This document shows positions 47,722 to 60,771 of a stretch of DNA of 64,000 nt, piece after piece. The number at the start of each line of letters is the position of its first letter. Positions within the stretch are counted from its first letter, which is position 1. The DNA is from an uncultured Elusimicrobia bacterium. Lineage in GTDB: Bacteria > Elusimicrobiota > Elusimicrobia > 2-01-FULL-59-12. Under the pieces are notes generated by a model that worked only from the letters and a program-made list of their open reading frames with translations, searched no databases and was not told the DNA's origin. The position numbers were made by a program, and so were the translations under genes. The stretch covers positions 1,408,001 through 1,472,000 of the forward strand of contig OY969767.1 of NCBI GenBank assembly GCA_963702895.1. The letters run 5' to 3'.

Positions 47722-48128
47722 CAGCTCAGCCTCTTCAGTAAGAGGTCCTTGGCGGACACGATCGCGCGCCGGCCATCCTCCGCAACTTTGGCGGCAAGCG
47801 CCTTCAAATCCATTTTGTGCCGATTATTAATACCGGAGAGCAGCATGTAAAGGTTGACGCCGGTGAGGACTTCGGCGGGACGGTCCTTGGTTTTCAAGAG
47901 GGCGGTATTGCAGGGGGTGCCGCCCAGCATGTCCACGAGAATCAGGGCACCTTCCGGGGCATGGAGTTTCTCAAGCGTCTCGAGCAGCATCTGCCCGACG
48001 TCCTGCGGGCCCATGTCCGGTGTGACCGCAAGGGCGACCAGGCCCTCCTGTCGGCCCGCGATATCCTGCACCGTTCGAAGGAGTTCGTGGCCCAATTGGC
48101 CATGGGTCAGGACAATGATCGAAATCAT
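47721..48128 (-). CDS. PTS mannose-family EIIA component
   Basis: IIVLTHG, ILVDMLGGTPCN and GVNL.ML motifs. Start at ATG 48128. Confidence 0.92.
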   Translation of the reverse strand: MISIIVLTHGQLGHELLRTVQDIAGRQEGLVALAVTPDMGPQDVGQMLLETLEKLHAPEGALILVDMLGGTPCNTALLKTKDRPAEVLTGVNLYMLLSGINNRHKMDLKALAAKVAEDGRRAIVSAKDLLLKRLS

Positions 48129-48991
48129 CGTTCCATGTCCCGGTGAAGGACGCGGACTTTGCAACCACGCCTGGCCAGATAGGCCGAGAGGGCTTCGGTC
48201 ATCACGACAGACCGGTGGCGCCCTCCCGTGCAACCGATCGCGATGGTCAGGTAACTTTTCCCTTCCTTCACATAGTGGGGCATGGACGAAGAGACCAGCT
48301 CAAAGAACATTTTTGAAAAACGCTGGGCCTGTGTGGTGGCCATCACGAATTGGCGAACGGAGGGTTCACGTCCGGTTTTATGACGCAGGTGCTGGATATA
48401 GTTCGGGTTCGGCATAAAGCGCACGTCCCAGACCAGGTCCGCGTCCACCGGAAGGCCATACTTGTACCCAAAGGAGACCAGGCTCACCTGAATTTCGGAG
48501 CGCGAGTTCCGACGGCTATCAAAGAGATCCAAGATCCGCTGCTTCAGCTCCGCCAGCGTCAGATTGCTTGTATCGATGATTTTGTGCGCGAGTTCCTTGA
48601 TCTTGAGCAGTTGCCTGCGTTCCTCGCGAATCCCCAACGAAACGCTTTTCCCCAAGGGATGACGCCGTCGCGTTTCGGAGAAACGGCGAAGCAGGGCTTT
48701 ATCATCGGCGTCCAGAAAAACAATACGGCAATCCACACCCTGTCGTTTAAGCTTTTGGATCGTTTCGAGGAAATCTTGGAGGAACCCCCCCTCGCGCACA
48801 TCGATGCCCAGCGCGACGCGCTGCAGACGTTTCCCGGATTCGGAACATAACTTGGCCATCTTGGGCAAGAGCGCAACCGGCAGATTATCCACACAGAAAA
48901 ACCCCATGTCCTCTAAGCAGTTGAGGGTCTGGGACTTGCCCGCCCCCGACATGCCGGTCACGATCCAAAAGAGGACTTGATCTATTCTCAT
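48125..48991 (-). CDS. rapZ: RNase adaptor RapZ (YvcJ/YhbJ)
   Basis: TGMSGAGKS, FCVDNLP, RRFSETRRRHP, SFGYKYG, DVRF.PNP and GCTGG.HRSV motifs. Confidence 0.95.
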   Translation of the reverse strand: MRIDQVLFWIVTGMSGAGKSQTLNCLEDMGFFCVDNLPVALLPKMAKLCSESGKRLQRVALGIDVREGGFLQDFLETIQKLKRQGVDCRIVFLDADDKALLRRFSETRRRHPLGKSVSLGIREERRQLLKIKELAHKIIDTSNLTLAELKQRILDLFDSRRNSRSEIQVSLVSFGYKYGLPVDADLVWDVRFMPNPNYIQHLRHKTGREPSVRQFVMATTQAQRFSKMFFELVSSSMPHYVKEGKSYLTIAIGCTGGRHRSVVMTEALSAYLARRGCKVRVLHRDMER

Positions 48992-48994
48992 CGG

Positions 48995-49963
48995 TTATCT
49001 GGCCTTCGCTTTCTTGGCCGCCGAGGTTTTCCTCGCCATGAGCGAAATGAGCTTGTTGCTAAAGTCTTTGGCGGCAAATTCCCCACGGTACTTGAGACGC
49101 TCATTGAGCGTCGCGACTTCCACGAGCACCGCGAGGTTTCTTCCCTGACGAACAGGCATCACGACCTCGGGGACACGGACACTTAAGATCGAGGTCGTCC
49201 TCTCGGAAAGGCCAACGCGATCATACTCGACGGTTTGTTTCCATTCCTCCATGCGGATGACGAGCTCGATGCGCGTTTTATCGAGGACGCTGCCGACTCC
49301 AAAGATCTTCTGGACATCGATAATGCCGACGCCCCGAAGCTCCATGTGATGACGGATGAGCTCCGCACCCGTCCCGAAAAGCACACCCCCCAAGCGGTGT
49401 TTGACCTCGACCACATCATCGGCGACGAGCATATGGCCGCGCTTGAGGAGTTCCAGGGCGCATTCCGATTTTCCAATCCCCGAGTCCCCCACCAAAAGGA
49501 CGCCCAGCCCGTAGACATTCATGAGCACACCATGAATGGTGGTGGTCGGCGCCAGTTTTTCTTCCATGTAGACCGTCAGCTCACCAATGAGGTGCGCGGT
49601 CGTGAGCGCCGAACGCAGGAGCGGCACGTGCATGTCGTTGGCCAAATCGATGAGCTCACGGTGCGGCTTGATCCCTCGCGTGATCACCAGGCAGGGGAGT
49701 TTTTTGTCAAACGAAAAGACTTTCGCGATGGCCTCCTTGCGCTTGGCGCTGGCGAACGTTGAAAGATAGGTGTGCTCACCCAACCCCATGATTTGGACCC
49801 TTTCAGAAGGGAAGTAATCGAGGTAGCCCGACAGCGCCAGGCCTGGGCGGTTGATCTCCGAAACCGTGATCTCCCGGCGCAACCCCTTGGAGCCGCCCAG
49901 GAGCGTCAACTGCAGATCTCCTTCTTTGTCGCGCAACAGATCAGCAACGAGCAGGGATTTCAT
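48995..49963 (-). CDS. hprK: HPr kinase/phosphorylase
   Basis: NRPGL.L.G, HGV...YG.GVL..G.SGIGKSE.ALEL.KRGH.LVADD and E.RG.GII motifs. Confidence 0.96.
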   Translation of the reverse strand: MKSLLVADLLRDKEGDLQLTLLGGSKGLRREITVSEINRPGLALSGYLDYFPSERVQIMGLGEHTYLSTFASAKRKEAIAKVFSFDKKLPCLVITRGIKPHRELIDLANDMHVPLLRSALTTAHLIGELTVYMEEKLAPTTTIHGVLMNVYGLGVLLVGDSGIGKSECALELLKRGHMLVADDVVEVKHRLGGVLFGTGAELIRHHMELRGVGIIDVQKIFGVGSVLDKTRIELVIRMEEWKQTVEYDRVGLSERTTSILSVRVPEVVMPVRQGRNLAVLVEVATLNERLKYRGEFAAKDFSNKLISLMARKTSAAKKAKAR

Positions 49964-50446
49964 TTATAGTTGGTCCTCTTCTCGAATGAGTTTTAGGATA
50001 TCCGGAACCGTGCGGGCCTCACGCAGCGCTTGCCTGAAAAACTTGTCCTTGAGGAGCCTGGAGATGCGCGCGAGCGCTTTCAGATGAAGCACAGCCGCAT
50101 CCGGCGGCGCGACCAGGACGAACACGATATGGACGGGCTCGCCATCGAGCGCGTCAAACTGGACCCCCCGACGCGAAACACCGAAAGCGGCGGCCACGTG
50201 GGTGGCCTGATCCGACTTGGCGTGTGGAATCGCAATACCTTGTCCAATGCCTGTGGAACCCAATTTTTCCCGCTCGATCAGCACGTCGACGGTCGTGGCA
50301 GCATCTTTGACCTTGCCCTCATTTTTGAGGAGTGCGATCAGCTCCTCCAGGACGCCGCGTTTACTGGTTGCCGAGAGCTCCGGGATAATAGCGCTGGGGC
50401 TTAGAATGTCCATAATCTTTATTTTTTCATCTTGATTGGTTGGCAT
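49964..50446 (-). CDS. ptsN: PTS EIIA (Ntr/fructose family)
   Basis: RE.LGSTGIG.GIAIPH, FDALDG.PV and HL..LA..SR motifs. Confidence 0.9.
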   Translation of the reverse strand: MPTNQDEKIKIMDILSPSAIIPELSATSKRGVLEELIALLKNEGKVKDAATTVDVLIEREKLGSTGIGQGIAIPHAKSDQATHVAAAFGVSRRGVQFDALDGEPVHIVFVLVAPPDAAVLHLKALARISRLLKDKFFRQALREARTVPDILKLIREEDQL

Positions 50447-50467
50447 AGGGCCTCCTCAGGTTTCCCA

Positions 50468-51013
50468 TCATGAAATCGATTCGACAACACCGTAGGTTCG
50501 ATCGGGTTTGCGATAGAGAACGGTGACCCTCTGGCTGTCACGGTTCAGAAAAATCCAGTGGGCGCTGTCCGCCGCTTCCATGGCCGAAATCGCCTCGTTT
50601 AAGCTGAGCGCTGTGAGCTTCATCTGGCGCGCACTCGAAACACGATGGTCCGTGGGCTCCGGGGCAACGAGCGTGGCCGCCTTTTCCCACGATTTCGAGC
50701 GCGGGGAGCGACGCGGGTTGATCGCTCGGCGTTCACGATGACGCTCTTTGTAACGCCGGAGCTGTTCATCCAGATTGTCCGAAGCCAGATCGATCGCCGC
50801 GTAGAGATCGACAGACTCCTCTTTGGCAGCGAAGGTGTAGCCGGCGGCATGGAGGATGATTTCGGCCCGATGACGCTGCTTGGCCACTTCCAGGACGACC
50901 TGGGCCCAGATCAGATGATCATTAAAGCGACGCGCTTTTTCAAGTTTTTTTTCGACGTAATCCTTGATCGCAGGCGTCAGTTTGATGTGCCGAGCCGAAA
51001 TATTGACTTGCAT
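50468..51013 (-). CDS. hpf: Ribosome hibernation promoting factor (long HPF/RaiA)
   Basis: I.ARH..LT.A...Y...K and DLYAAID..L..QLRR.K, plus a C-terminal EA...M..F.N...V.YR..D..YG domain. Confidence 0.9.
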   Translation of the reverse strand: MQVNISARHIKLTPAIKDYVEKKLEKARRFNDHLIWAQVVLEVAKQRHRAEIILHAAGYTFAAKEESVDLYAAIDLASDNLDEQLRRYKERHRERRAINPRRSPRSKSWEKAATLVAPEPTDHRVSSARQMKLTALSLNEAISAMEAADSAHWIFLNRDSQRVTVLYRKPDRTYGVVESIS

Positions 51014-51022
51014 AAACGCCTC

Positions 51023-51742
51023 CTATAAACTGAATTTATCGCCAAGATAAAAGCGCCTGGCGTCGGGATGAGAGAGCACTTCATGGGCGCTCCCCTCGAC
51101 ACGGACCTGACCCTCATGCAAAATGTAGGCGCGGTCCACGATCTCCAGAGTCTCCCGGACGTTATGGTCCGTGATGAGCACTCCGATCCCGCGCGACTTG
51201 AGATTGACCACCACGCTCTGGAGATCCGCGACCGCCAAAGGATCAATCCCAACAAACGGCTCATCCAGCAAGAGATATTTGGGGTCCGTCACCAGGGCAC
51301 GCGCCACCTCGCATCGTCGTTTTTCCCCGCCCGAGAGGGTCTGCGCCATCTGGGAACGCAATTTCTCGAGGCCGAGCTCCGCGAGCAAACCGTTGATTTT
51401 TTCCCCCTTCTCCTGCCCGGGGAAGTCGCGCATTTGAAGGACGGCCATTAAATTCTCCTCAACGCTCAGACGCCGAAAGATCGAAGGCTCCTGCGCCAGG
51501 TATCCGATCCCGAGGCGCGCGCGCTCATACATCGGCTTGCGCGTGATGTTTTCCGTATTGAGCAGGATCGATCCGGCGTCAGGCCTGACCAAACCCATCA
51601 CCATCTGAAAACAGGTGGTCTTGCCCGCACCATTGGGTCCCAGGAGGCCCACCACTTCTCCCGGTCGCACATACACTTCGACGCCACGCACCACCTTGCG
51701 GCGACCATACGACTTTTCAAGACCTTGGGCGACCAGGTTCAT
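51023..51742 (-). CDS. lptB: LPS export ABC transporter ATPase LptB
   Basis: GLLGPNGAGKTT, RARLGIGYLAQE.SIFR, LSGGE.RR.E.ARAL and GVLITDHNVRETL motifs. Confidence 0.96.
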   Translation of the reverse strand: MNLVAQGLEKSYGRRKVVRGVEVYVRPGEVVGLLGPNGAGKTTCFQMVMGLVRPDAGSILLNTENITRKPMYERARLGIGYLAQEPSIFRRLSVEENLMAVLQMRDFPGQEKGEKINGLLAELGLEKLRSQMAQTLSGGEKRRCEVARALVTDPKYLLLDEPFVGIDPLAVADLQSVVVNLKSRGIGVLITDHNVRETLEIVDRAYILHEGQVRVEGSAHEVLSHPDARRFYLGDKFSL

Positions 51743-52230
51743 GAGGAGCCCGGCACCACATGACCACGGACCTGGCCGGTGAGCCGCGCCTTACCCGGGG
51801 TCTTCGTATCAATCCAACCGCGATCCGCACGAAACTGTGCCTGACCCGAAACGCTATGAAGATAAACAGCCACCTGAGTTTTGCCCCAGAGCTCCACCGT
51901 GTCTTTCGACGGATAATAGACCGCCTCTTCGCTCTCGATGCGGACCTTTTCCTTCTTGGGGGAAACCCAGCTGCCCACCACATGCCCCTGCGCCTCGACC
52001 CGCCCATCGGCTTTGACGCGGACCATCCGGTCGGATCTCACTTCATAGGGGCCCTGCGTCAGCACCACATGGCCTCGAAAGATGGTGAGCGCGCCGTTGT
52101 TTTGGAGCTCAAGCTCATCACTGGTGATGGTCGCGGGCGTCTCCGGCCCCTTCGCGAACGTCAGCCCTGCTGTGCCCAAAACCACCAGGGCCCTGATGAA
52201 GAACCGCTGCACCGATGCCCTTGCGTTCAT
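51739..52230 (-). CDS. lptA: LptA/OstA family periplasmic protein
   Basis: Signal peptide, ITSD...F.G.V...QG beta-jellyroll pattern, and position between lptC and lptB. Confidence 0.8.
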   Translation of the reverse strand: MNARASVQRFFIRALVVLGTAGLTFAKGPETPATITSDELELQNNGALTIFRGHVVLTQGPYEVRSDRMVRVKADGRVEAQGHVVGSWVSPKKEKVRIESEEAVYYPSKDTVELWGKTQVAVYLHSVSGQAQFRADRGWIDTKTPGKARLTGQVRGHVVPGSS

Positions 52231-52766
52231 GGTTGAAGGCCCTTCTTAAATCGCACTTTTTGACGCCCGATTTTAACACGTTGGAGCTCGGGATCGGTCT
52301 CCAGCCCAATGCCTTCTGTGATGGAATCCTGTTTCTCAAGCCGCACGGGGTCTTCCGAGCGAATTTTGCGAGTTTCCGGATCATAGCGCATCCGCTCCGT
52401 GGTGAGTGTGGAAGAATCCGAGCTCACCACGCTGACGCCCCCCCAGGCTTCCACCACGTGGGTCTCGGTTTGAACTTTGCCGGAAGGCGCGCTCATCTGC
52501 GAGGACACACGTCCTTCTTGATAAAAAAGGACGATGGGCTTCTCAAGCTCCGCGTACTTCTGTTCATCATAAATGCGCGCTTCGATCGAACGAAGCGTCA
52601 TCGTTTTGACGCTGTGGCGCAAATCGTTCATCTCAAAGTCTTTGAGAATCTGTGTGGGCGATGGCGAAACCACGGGCGTCGTGAGGGCCTCTTGAGCAGC
52701 CCGCCTGCACGCGAGGAAGGCGGGACATGCGCCGAGCAAAAGGATCACCAGCGCGGCCCTGCTCAA
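52227..52766 (-). CDS. lptC: LPS export protein LptC
   Basis: N-terminal anchor, L.TE...YD...I.S..PV..G.GL motif, and synteny after kdsD. Confidence 0.82.
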   Translation of the reverse strand: MSRAALVILLLGACPAFLACRRAAQEALTTPVVSPSPTQILKDFEMNDLRHSVKTMTLRSIEARIYDEQKYAELEKPIVLFYQEGRVSSQMSAPSGKVQTETHVVEAWGGVSVVSSDSSTLTTERMRYDPETRKIRSEDPVRLEKQDSITEGIGLETDPELQRVKIGRQKVRFKKGLQP

Positions 52767-53758
52767 AGAATACCCTCCGCCAGAAGATCCCGCTCATCGA
52801 GGACCCCGATGGGCCTCCCCTTCGCGTCAACGACCGGGAGATTATCGCAGCGATAGCGGCGTAACAGTTCCGCGGCTTCGCCGACCCGTGTATCCGGAGA
52901 GACCCGATGAGGCTTTTGCGTCATCACGCGCTTGACCCATTGTTGCAGAATGAGCGGCTGCCTGGGAGCAAGTCGCCTGAAATCGCCATCCGTAAAATAG
53001 CCGGTTAAGCGTCCCGAAGCGTCGACGACACTCGTGGCGCCGAGTCGGGTCCGGGTCATGACCTCCAGGGCCCGGCGGACGGAGTGGTCCTCGCGTACCA
53101 CGGGATTCTCCCGTCCCTTATGCATCACATCCTTGACCGTCCAGAGGAGGCGCTTGCCCAACACGCCGCCGGGATGAAGCCTGGCGAAATCTTCGGCCTG
53201 AAAACCACGCGCGTCCATGAGCGCCATCGCCAGGGCATCCCCCAGCGCGAGCATCGCCGTCGTCGAGGTCGTCGGCGTGAGATTGTAGCGGCAGGCCTCT
53301 CGACGAACCGTCACCGGCAGAAAGACTGTGGACGCTCGAGCCAGGCGCGAATGAGGCCGCCCGGTCAGGCCAATCAAGGGGACCTGCATCGCATGGATGG
53401 AGGGCAGCAAGCGCTTGAGCTCTTCGGTCTCTCCGGAGTAGGAAAGCGCCAGCACCACGTCCAGCGGTGTGATCATGCCTAAATCACCATGCATCCCTTC
53501 GGAAGGATGCACAAAGATGGCCGGCGTTCCCGTCGAAGCAAGGGTCGCGCTGATCTTTCGGCCGATGAGGCCGGATTTGCCGACACCCAGCACCACGACA
53601 CGTCCACGGCACTGTTTGAGGAGCCGGATCGCTTGGGCAAAGCGCGCGTCCACATGCCGCAGCTGCGCGCGCACGGTATCGGCCTCCAAACGAAGCACGT
53701 CTTTGACGCGCTTGATCAGGACAGAGTCTTGAATGTCCGATTTAGGATTTTTGGGCAT
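52763..53758 (-). CDS. kdsD: Arabinose-5-phosphate isomerase (KpsF/GutQ)
   Basis: G.GKSG.IG.KI.AT.ASTGTP, HGDLG, PTTSTT..LALGDALA and HPGG.LG motifs, plus a CBS pair. Confidence 0.95.
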   Translation of the reverse strand: MPKNPKSDIQDSVLIKRVKDVLRLEADTVRAQLRHVDARFAQAIRLLKQCRGRVVVLGVGKSGLIGRKISATLASTGTPAIFVHPSEGMHGDLGMITPLDVVLALSYSGETEELKRLLPSIHAMQVPLIGLTGRPHSRLARASTVFLPVTVRREACRYNLTPTTSTTAMLALGDALAMALMDARGFQAEDFARLHPGGVLGKRLLWTVKDVMHKGRENPVVREDHSVRRALEVMTRTRLGATSVVDASGRLTGYFTDGDFRRLAPRQPLILQQWVKRVMTQKPHRVSPDTRVGEAAELLRRYRCDNLPVVDAKGRPIGVLDERDLLAEGIL

Positions 53759-53995
53759 GGCTCGGGCTCTTCGGATGCAACCAGGGCGTCACCTCCGGTG
53801 GCAAGGCGCGCACATAGGGTTTCAAAAGGAACTTCGCCACAAAGAAAAAGACGATGATCAAGGCATAGACCATCCCAAGGGTGCGAGCGTGCCAGCGCCA
53901 CGTGGGTTGCCATAACGGCGGCAGCTTTAAGTTCATGCCGCATTTTCGGCAGGCGTTGGCGATGTCTTTATTGTCAGTTTGGCATTGAGGACATT

Positions 53996-53999
<4 letters not shown>
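53742..53999 (-). CDS. Small zinc-ribbon membrane protein
   Basis: CPQC..N...CRKCG followed by one TM helix; overlaps its neighbours in the operon. Confidence 0.7.
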
Positions 54000-57231
<3,232 letters not shown>

Positions 57232-57239
<8 letters not shown>

Positions 57240-58224
57240 GGGTCTTCACAGCCTTGGCGAGTTCTTCCACACTCACACTGGCTGTCCCCAGCTTGCCCAC
57301 GACAAGACCCGCGGCATGATTGGCGAGCTCCGCCGCTTCACGCAGGGTGGCACCCGCGGCCAGCGCCAGCGTGAGCGTGCTGATCACGGTATCCCCAGCT
57401 CCCGTCACATCAAAGACCTCCCGCGCTCGGGCGGGGATATGATAGACGGGCTTGCCCTTTTCAAAGAGACTCATGCCATGCTCCCCGCGCGTCACGAGGA
57501 CTGAGCGGGCCTGGATCATGCGCCGGAGCGTGTTGCCTAAATTCTCCACATCCTTCAGATCGCGCAGGGCGCGCACGCCAGCGCTTTCCATCGCCTCCTG
57601 AGTATTGGGCGTGACGCAGCTCACGCGCTGATAGAGTTTGAAGTTCTCCACTTTCGGATCGACCGTAATGGGAATATGGAGCTTGTGGGCCAAAGGGATG
57701 AGCCGCTTGATCAGGGAAGGCGTGACGACGCCCTTGTCATAGTCGGAAAGAATCACGGCCTGGACCTGGGGAAGAAGCCGCTCGACATGGGAAATGATTT
57801 CCTCGCGCAAGTGATCGGAAAACTCTCCGCGAACTTCGCGGTCTACCCGCACCACCTGCTGGTGCTGCGCTATGACGCGCGTTTTGACGATCGTGGGTCG
57901 CTCCGGTGTGCAAATCGCCGATTCAGTCCGGATGGGCCACCGCTCGAAAAGCGAGAGAAGCCGATCGGCGGCGGTGTCTGCGCCCAGGAGCCCCACGACA
58001 TGGACTTCCGCGCCCAAAGAAGCGAGGTTCACGGCGACATTGCCGGCCCCTCCCGGCATCTCGGTTTCACGGGTCACCTGGACCACGGGCACGGGCGCCT
58101 CCGGGGAGATTCTGGACACGGACCCCCAGACAAAATGGTCCAGCATCAAATCCCCGATCACAAGAGTTTTGAGGTGCTTAAAACGATCCAGGATTTTAAT
58201 GATTTTACGTCGGGGGTCGAGCAC
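57232..58224 (-). CDS. rfaE1: D-glycero-beta-D-manno-heptose-7-phosphate kinase (stand-alone RfaE domain I)
   Basis: GD.MLD...G.V.RISPEAPVPV, SDY.KG, TPN..E and DVTGAGDTV motifs. Confidence 0.93.
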
Positions 58225-58241
58225 GCAGAATCTTACAAAAT

Positions 58242-59153
58242 CTATCTGGCTCTGTCACTTGTAGCCTCCACGGACGGACCGCTTTCCTTCCCCCGCTGAT
58301 ACCGGGTGAGCTCAGCCGAGACGTGACCGATAAAGACTTCCGAGCGCATGCGGACGGGCATCCGGTGCGCGTCATCGGTCAACCAAACCTGGATCTTCTT
58401 TCCCTTGCTGATAAAGATGCCCGGACCTCGCAGCATCGGTTCCACGAGCAAACAGTCGAACTTTCCAGCAGGCACTTTGACTTTTTCGCGTTTGAGGACC
58501 CGCACCTCCAGAGGATAGACCTTCTCACCATTGTGAACGTCAAAGGTATAACTTTGACCTATCTCCAGCAGGAGCGTCCGAACGTAATATAAGCTCCCGA
58601 ACGAATCGAGGGCATGGGCGGGGAGATCCCCCTCTTTCTCTTCATAGCTGTCTTTATCGACCCGATAGGACCTTGTTTTCCATCGGTGATTCACTTGATC
58701 AAGGAGGCTTGTCTCTTCGATTTGAAATTTCCCTTCGCGGATGCGCTTTTCATAACGCACCGTCACAAGCGCATCCTGATCGAGCCACAAATCATTCTTA
58801 TCCTTAACCTTGTAAAAAGCACTCACCACACCCCCCGATCGGGCAGTGGAGAGGATGTGATAGGTGGGGCGCCCCTCGAGCGTCACGATTTCAGGGATGG
58901 ACAAACTGGCGTAACCCCCCACGATCACGCCCCATTTGAGCACAAATTGAAGATCTTCACCTTGCGCGAAAGCCGTATGGGGGACAGACCGCCAGGCGGA
59001 AGAAGACGCGGCAACCGTGGAAGTTTCGACAGACGCGGTGGACATACTGACCCCAGGCTCTTGCGCGCTGACCGAGGAAATCGAAAGACCCCCCAGCAGA
59101 CACCCACAAAGCCCCACGAAGCGGAAGCCCTGTATCCTCATGCTCAAGCCCAT
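58242..59153 (-). CDS. DUF3108-like secreted/outer-membrane-associated protein
   Basis: Signal peptide, GE.L...W, D..S..Y..R, E...VPAG.F.C and W.TDD...PV motifs. Start uncertain (59153 or 59141). Confidence 0.78.
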   Translation of the reverse strand: MGLSMRIQGFRFVGLCGCLLGGLSISSVSAQEPGVSMSTASVETSTVAASSSAWRSVPHTAFAQGEDLQFVLKWGVIVGGYASLSIPEIVTLEGRPTYHILSTARSGGVVSAFYKVKDKNDLWLDQDALVTVRYEKRIREGKFQIEETSLLDQVNHRWKTRSYRVDKDSYEEKEGDLPAHALDSFGSLYYVRTLLLEIGQSYTFDVHNGEKVYPLEVRVLKREKVKVPAGKFDCLLVEPMLRGPGIFISKGKKIQVWLTDDAHRMPVRMRSEVFIGHVSAELTRYQRGKESGPSVEATSDRAR

Positions 59154-59695
59154 AAGCCGGATTTCCAATAGAGATAAACGAGCAAGGCCAGGCCTCCCGC
59201 AAGGCACTCATATTCCCGGTTCCGCATGTAGAGTTCCCAACTAAAGCGCTGCTCGCCCAGCCCCCGGACCCGACCACGAAACGGTAAAAACGCTGGGACC
59301 TGTCGGGAATAGGACGCGTAAGCGTCACCTAAAGAAAAGAATAATTCTTTTTCTTCAGCCAGTGTTTTAGCGCGATACAGGACCCCAAACCCTACCAGAA
59401 ACGCCAGCCATAGGCCGCCCACAGAGAAGCTCGGGGGCCATTGCCAGAGCATAAGACTGAAGCCCGTCCCGATCAGAAAACTACCCACGTAGAGGGGGTT
59501 GCGGATCCAGGCGTAAGGACCTCCCACCGCAACGCGCTTTCCTTTCAAAAGGTAGCCCGCCGCCCAGGAACGCAAGAGACAGCCTGACAGAATCAGAGCC
59601 AAAGCCACGCCGATGGGTGTACGGACATCGGGGCGAGCGACCACGAGATACCAAGCGGCGAAAAGAAAGCCCAGGGGAACCCTCCACCGGGTCAT
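59144..59695 (-). CDS. Isoprenylcysteine carboxyl methyltransferase (ICMT/PEMT) family membrane protein
   Basis: G..LR.WA.G, GPYA..RNPLY.GS and EE..L...G..Y..Y...VP.F.P motifs. Confidence 0.88.
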   Translation of the reverse strand: MTRWRVPLGFLFAAWYLVVARPDVRTPIGVALALILSGCLLRSWAAGYLLKGKRVAVGGPYAWIRNPLYVGSFLIGTGFSLMLWQWPPSFSVGGLWLAFLVGFGVLYRAKTLAEEKELFFSLGDAYASYSRQVPAFLPFRGRVRGLGEQRFSWELYMRNREYECLAGGLALLVYLYWKSGLWA

Positions 59696-59698
59696 GGG

Positions 59699-59980
59699 TC
59701 AGCGGGAAGGCGCCGCGCGCTGCTGAAAGCGCGGGTCGTTGTACATCTTAAATTGACGATACACCTTGGGCTTCCACGCTCCTCGCGTCCAGGCGTCCCG
59801 GAGCGCGTCCAGCTCTGCCACCAGATCATCGCGTTGCCGCTTCATAATGGAAAGCCTCTCTCGGCTGAGCAGGCGGAGATCGTCTGCCAAGTCCTGGCGG
59901 TCGATCTGTTCCTGGATGTGATAGATCTTCAGCTCTGCGATGCATAGCTTGTCAATGAGACTGCCCATGGTTTCAGCCAT
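59699..59980 (-). CDS. DUF4254-like protein (C-terminal half type)
   Basis: ET.GSLIDKL.I..LKIYH..E and K.YRQFKMYNDP motifs; own SD (GAGGAG). Confidence 0.78.
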   Translation of the reverse strand: MAETMGSLIDKLCIAELKIYHIQEQIDRQDLADDLRLLSRERLSIMKRQRDDLVAELDALRDAWTRGAWKPKVYRQFKMYNDPRFQQRAAPSR

Positions 59981-59983
59981 CCT

Positions 59984-60196
59984 TCAGCTCCTCGGCTGCG
60001 CTTGGATGAAGCATTCGTCAATCTTCTCAATCAGGTCATTGCGGGTTTGATTGAGTTGATCAATGCGCCGTTTGGCCTGGGCCACGGCGTGATCATCCGG
60101 GAGGCGGGCCTTGTCTTCCTCATGCCAAAGGTCGACGTGGGTCGCTGCCAGTTGGCTAATGAAAGCACCCAGGCGATTGGAGGTTTTTTCACTCAT
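59984..60196 (-). CDS. DUF4254-like protein (N-terminal half type)
   Basis: LWHEED.AR...VA..KR.ID.LNQ.RNDLIE.ID motif. Confidence 0.78.
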   Translation of the reverse strand: MSEKTSNRLGAFISQLAATHVDLWHEEDKARLPDDHAVAQAKRRIDQLNQTRNDLIEKIDECFIQAQPRS

Positions 60197-60771
60197 CGTT
60201 TCAGTCCTTTCCTCATTTTGATGATCCAGTCTGCCGCGCGGGCGAAAGTCGCCGCCTGATGATCCGGTTGGACGCCCTTGTTATGGGAGGCGAAGTGACG
60301 TCCATAGCCCGTCAAGACGAGAACACCCGCGCCCCCCGTCCGTTGTCCCAAGCGAACATCGCTCCACCGGTCCCCGACACTGATACACCCCTTCCAAGAC
60401 GTCTGGAAATCACGAGCCGCACGGCGCGCCATACCCAACCGAGGTTTCCGGCAACGACATCGGTCTTTGGGCTGGTGCGGACACCAGTATAACCCATCCA
60501 CAGGAGCCTTGTTCTTCTTGAGCAAGTCCAGAAACCGCTTATTGACCGCATGCATCTGTCGGAGGGTGATGAAGCCGCGCGCAACGCCCGACTGGTTCGT
60601 GACGACCGCTATCTTAAACCCCGCGCGCCTCAGCCTGCGAAGCGCACGTGGCACACCGGACAAGAGCCGAACGCGGCGTGGGTCCGAAGGGTAATCCGCC
60701 TCTTCCACGAGCGTACCATCACGGTCCAGGAGGAGCAACGGAGCGCCCTTCTTACGCGGGCTCGTTTTCAT
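60193..60771 (-). CDS. gmhB: D-glycero-D-manno-heptose-1,7-bisphosphate phosphatase
   Basis: LDRDGT, VVTNQSG.ARG, CPH.P...C.CRKP and VGDR..D motifs. Confidence 0.93.
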   Translation of the reverse strand: MKTSPRKKGAPLLLLDRDGTLVEEADYPSDPRRVRLLSGVPRALRRLRRAGFKIAVVTNQSGVARGFITLRQMHAVNKRFLDLLKKNKAPVDGLYWCPHQPKDRCRCRKPRLGMARRAARDFQTSWKGCISVGDRWSDVRLGQRTGGAGVLVLTGYGRHFASHNKGVQPDHQAATFARAADWIIKMRKGLKR

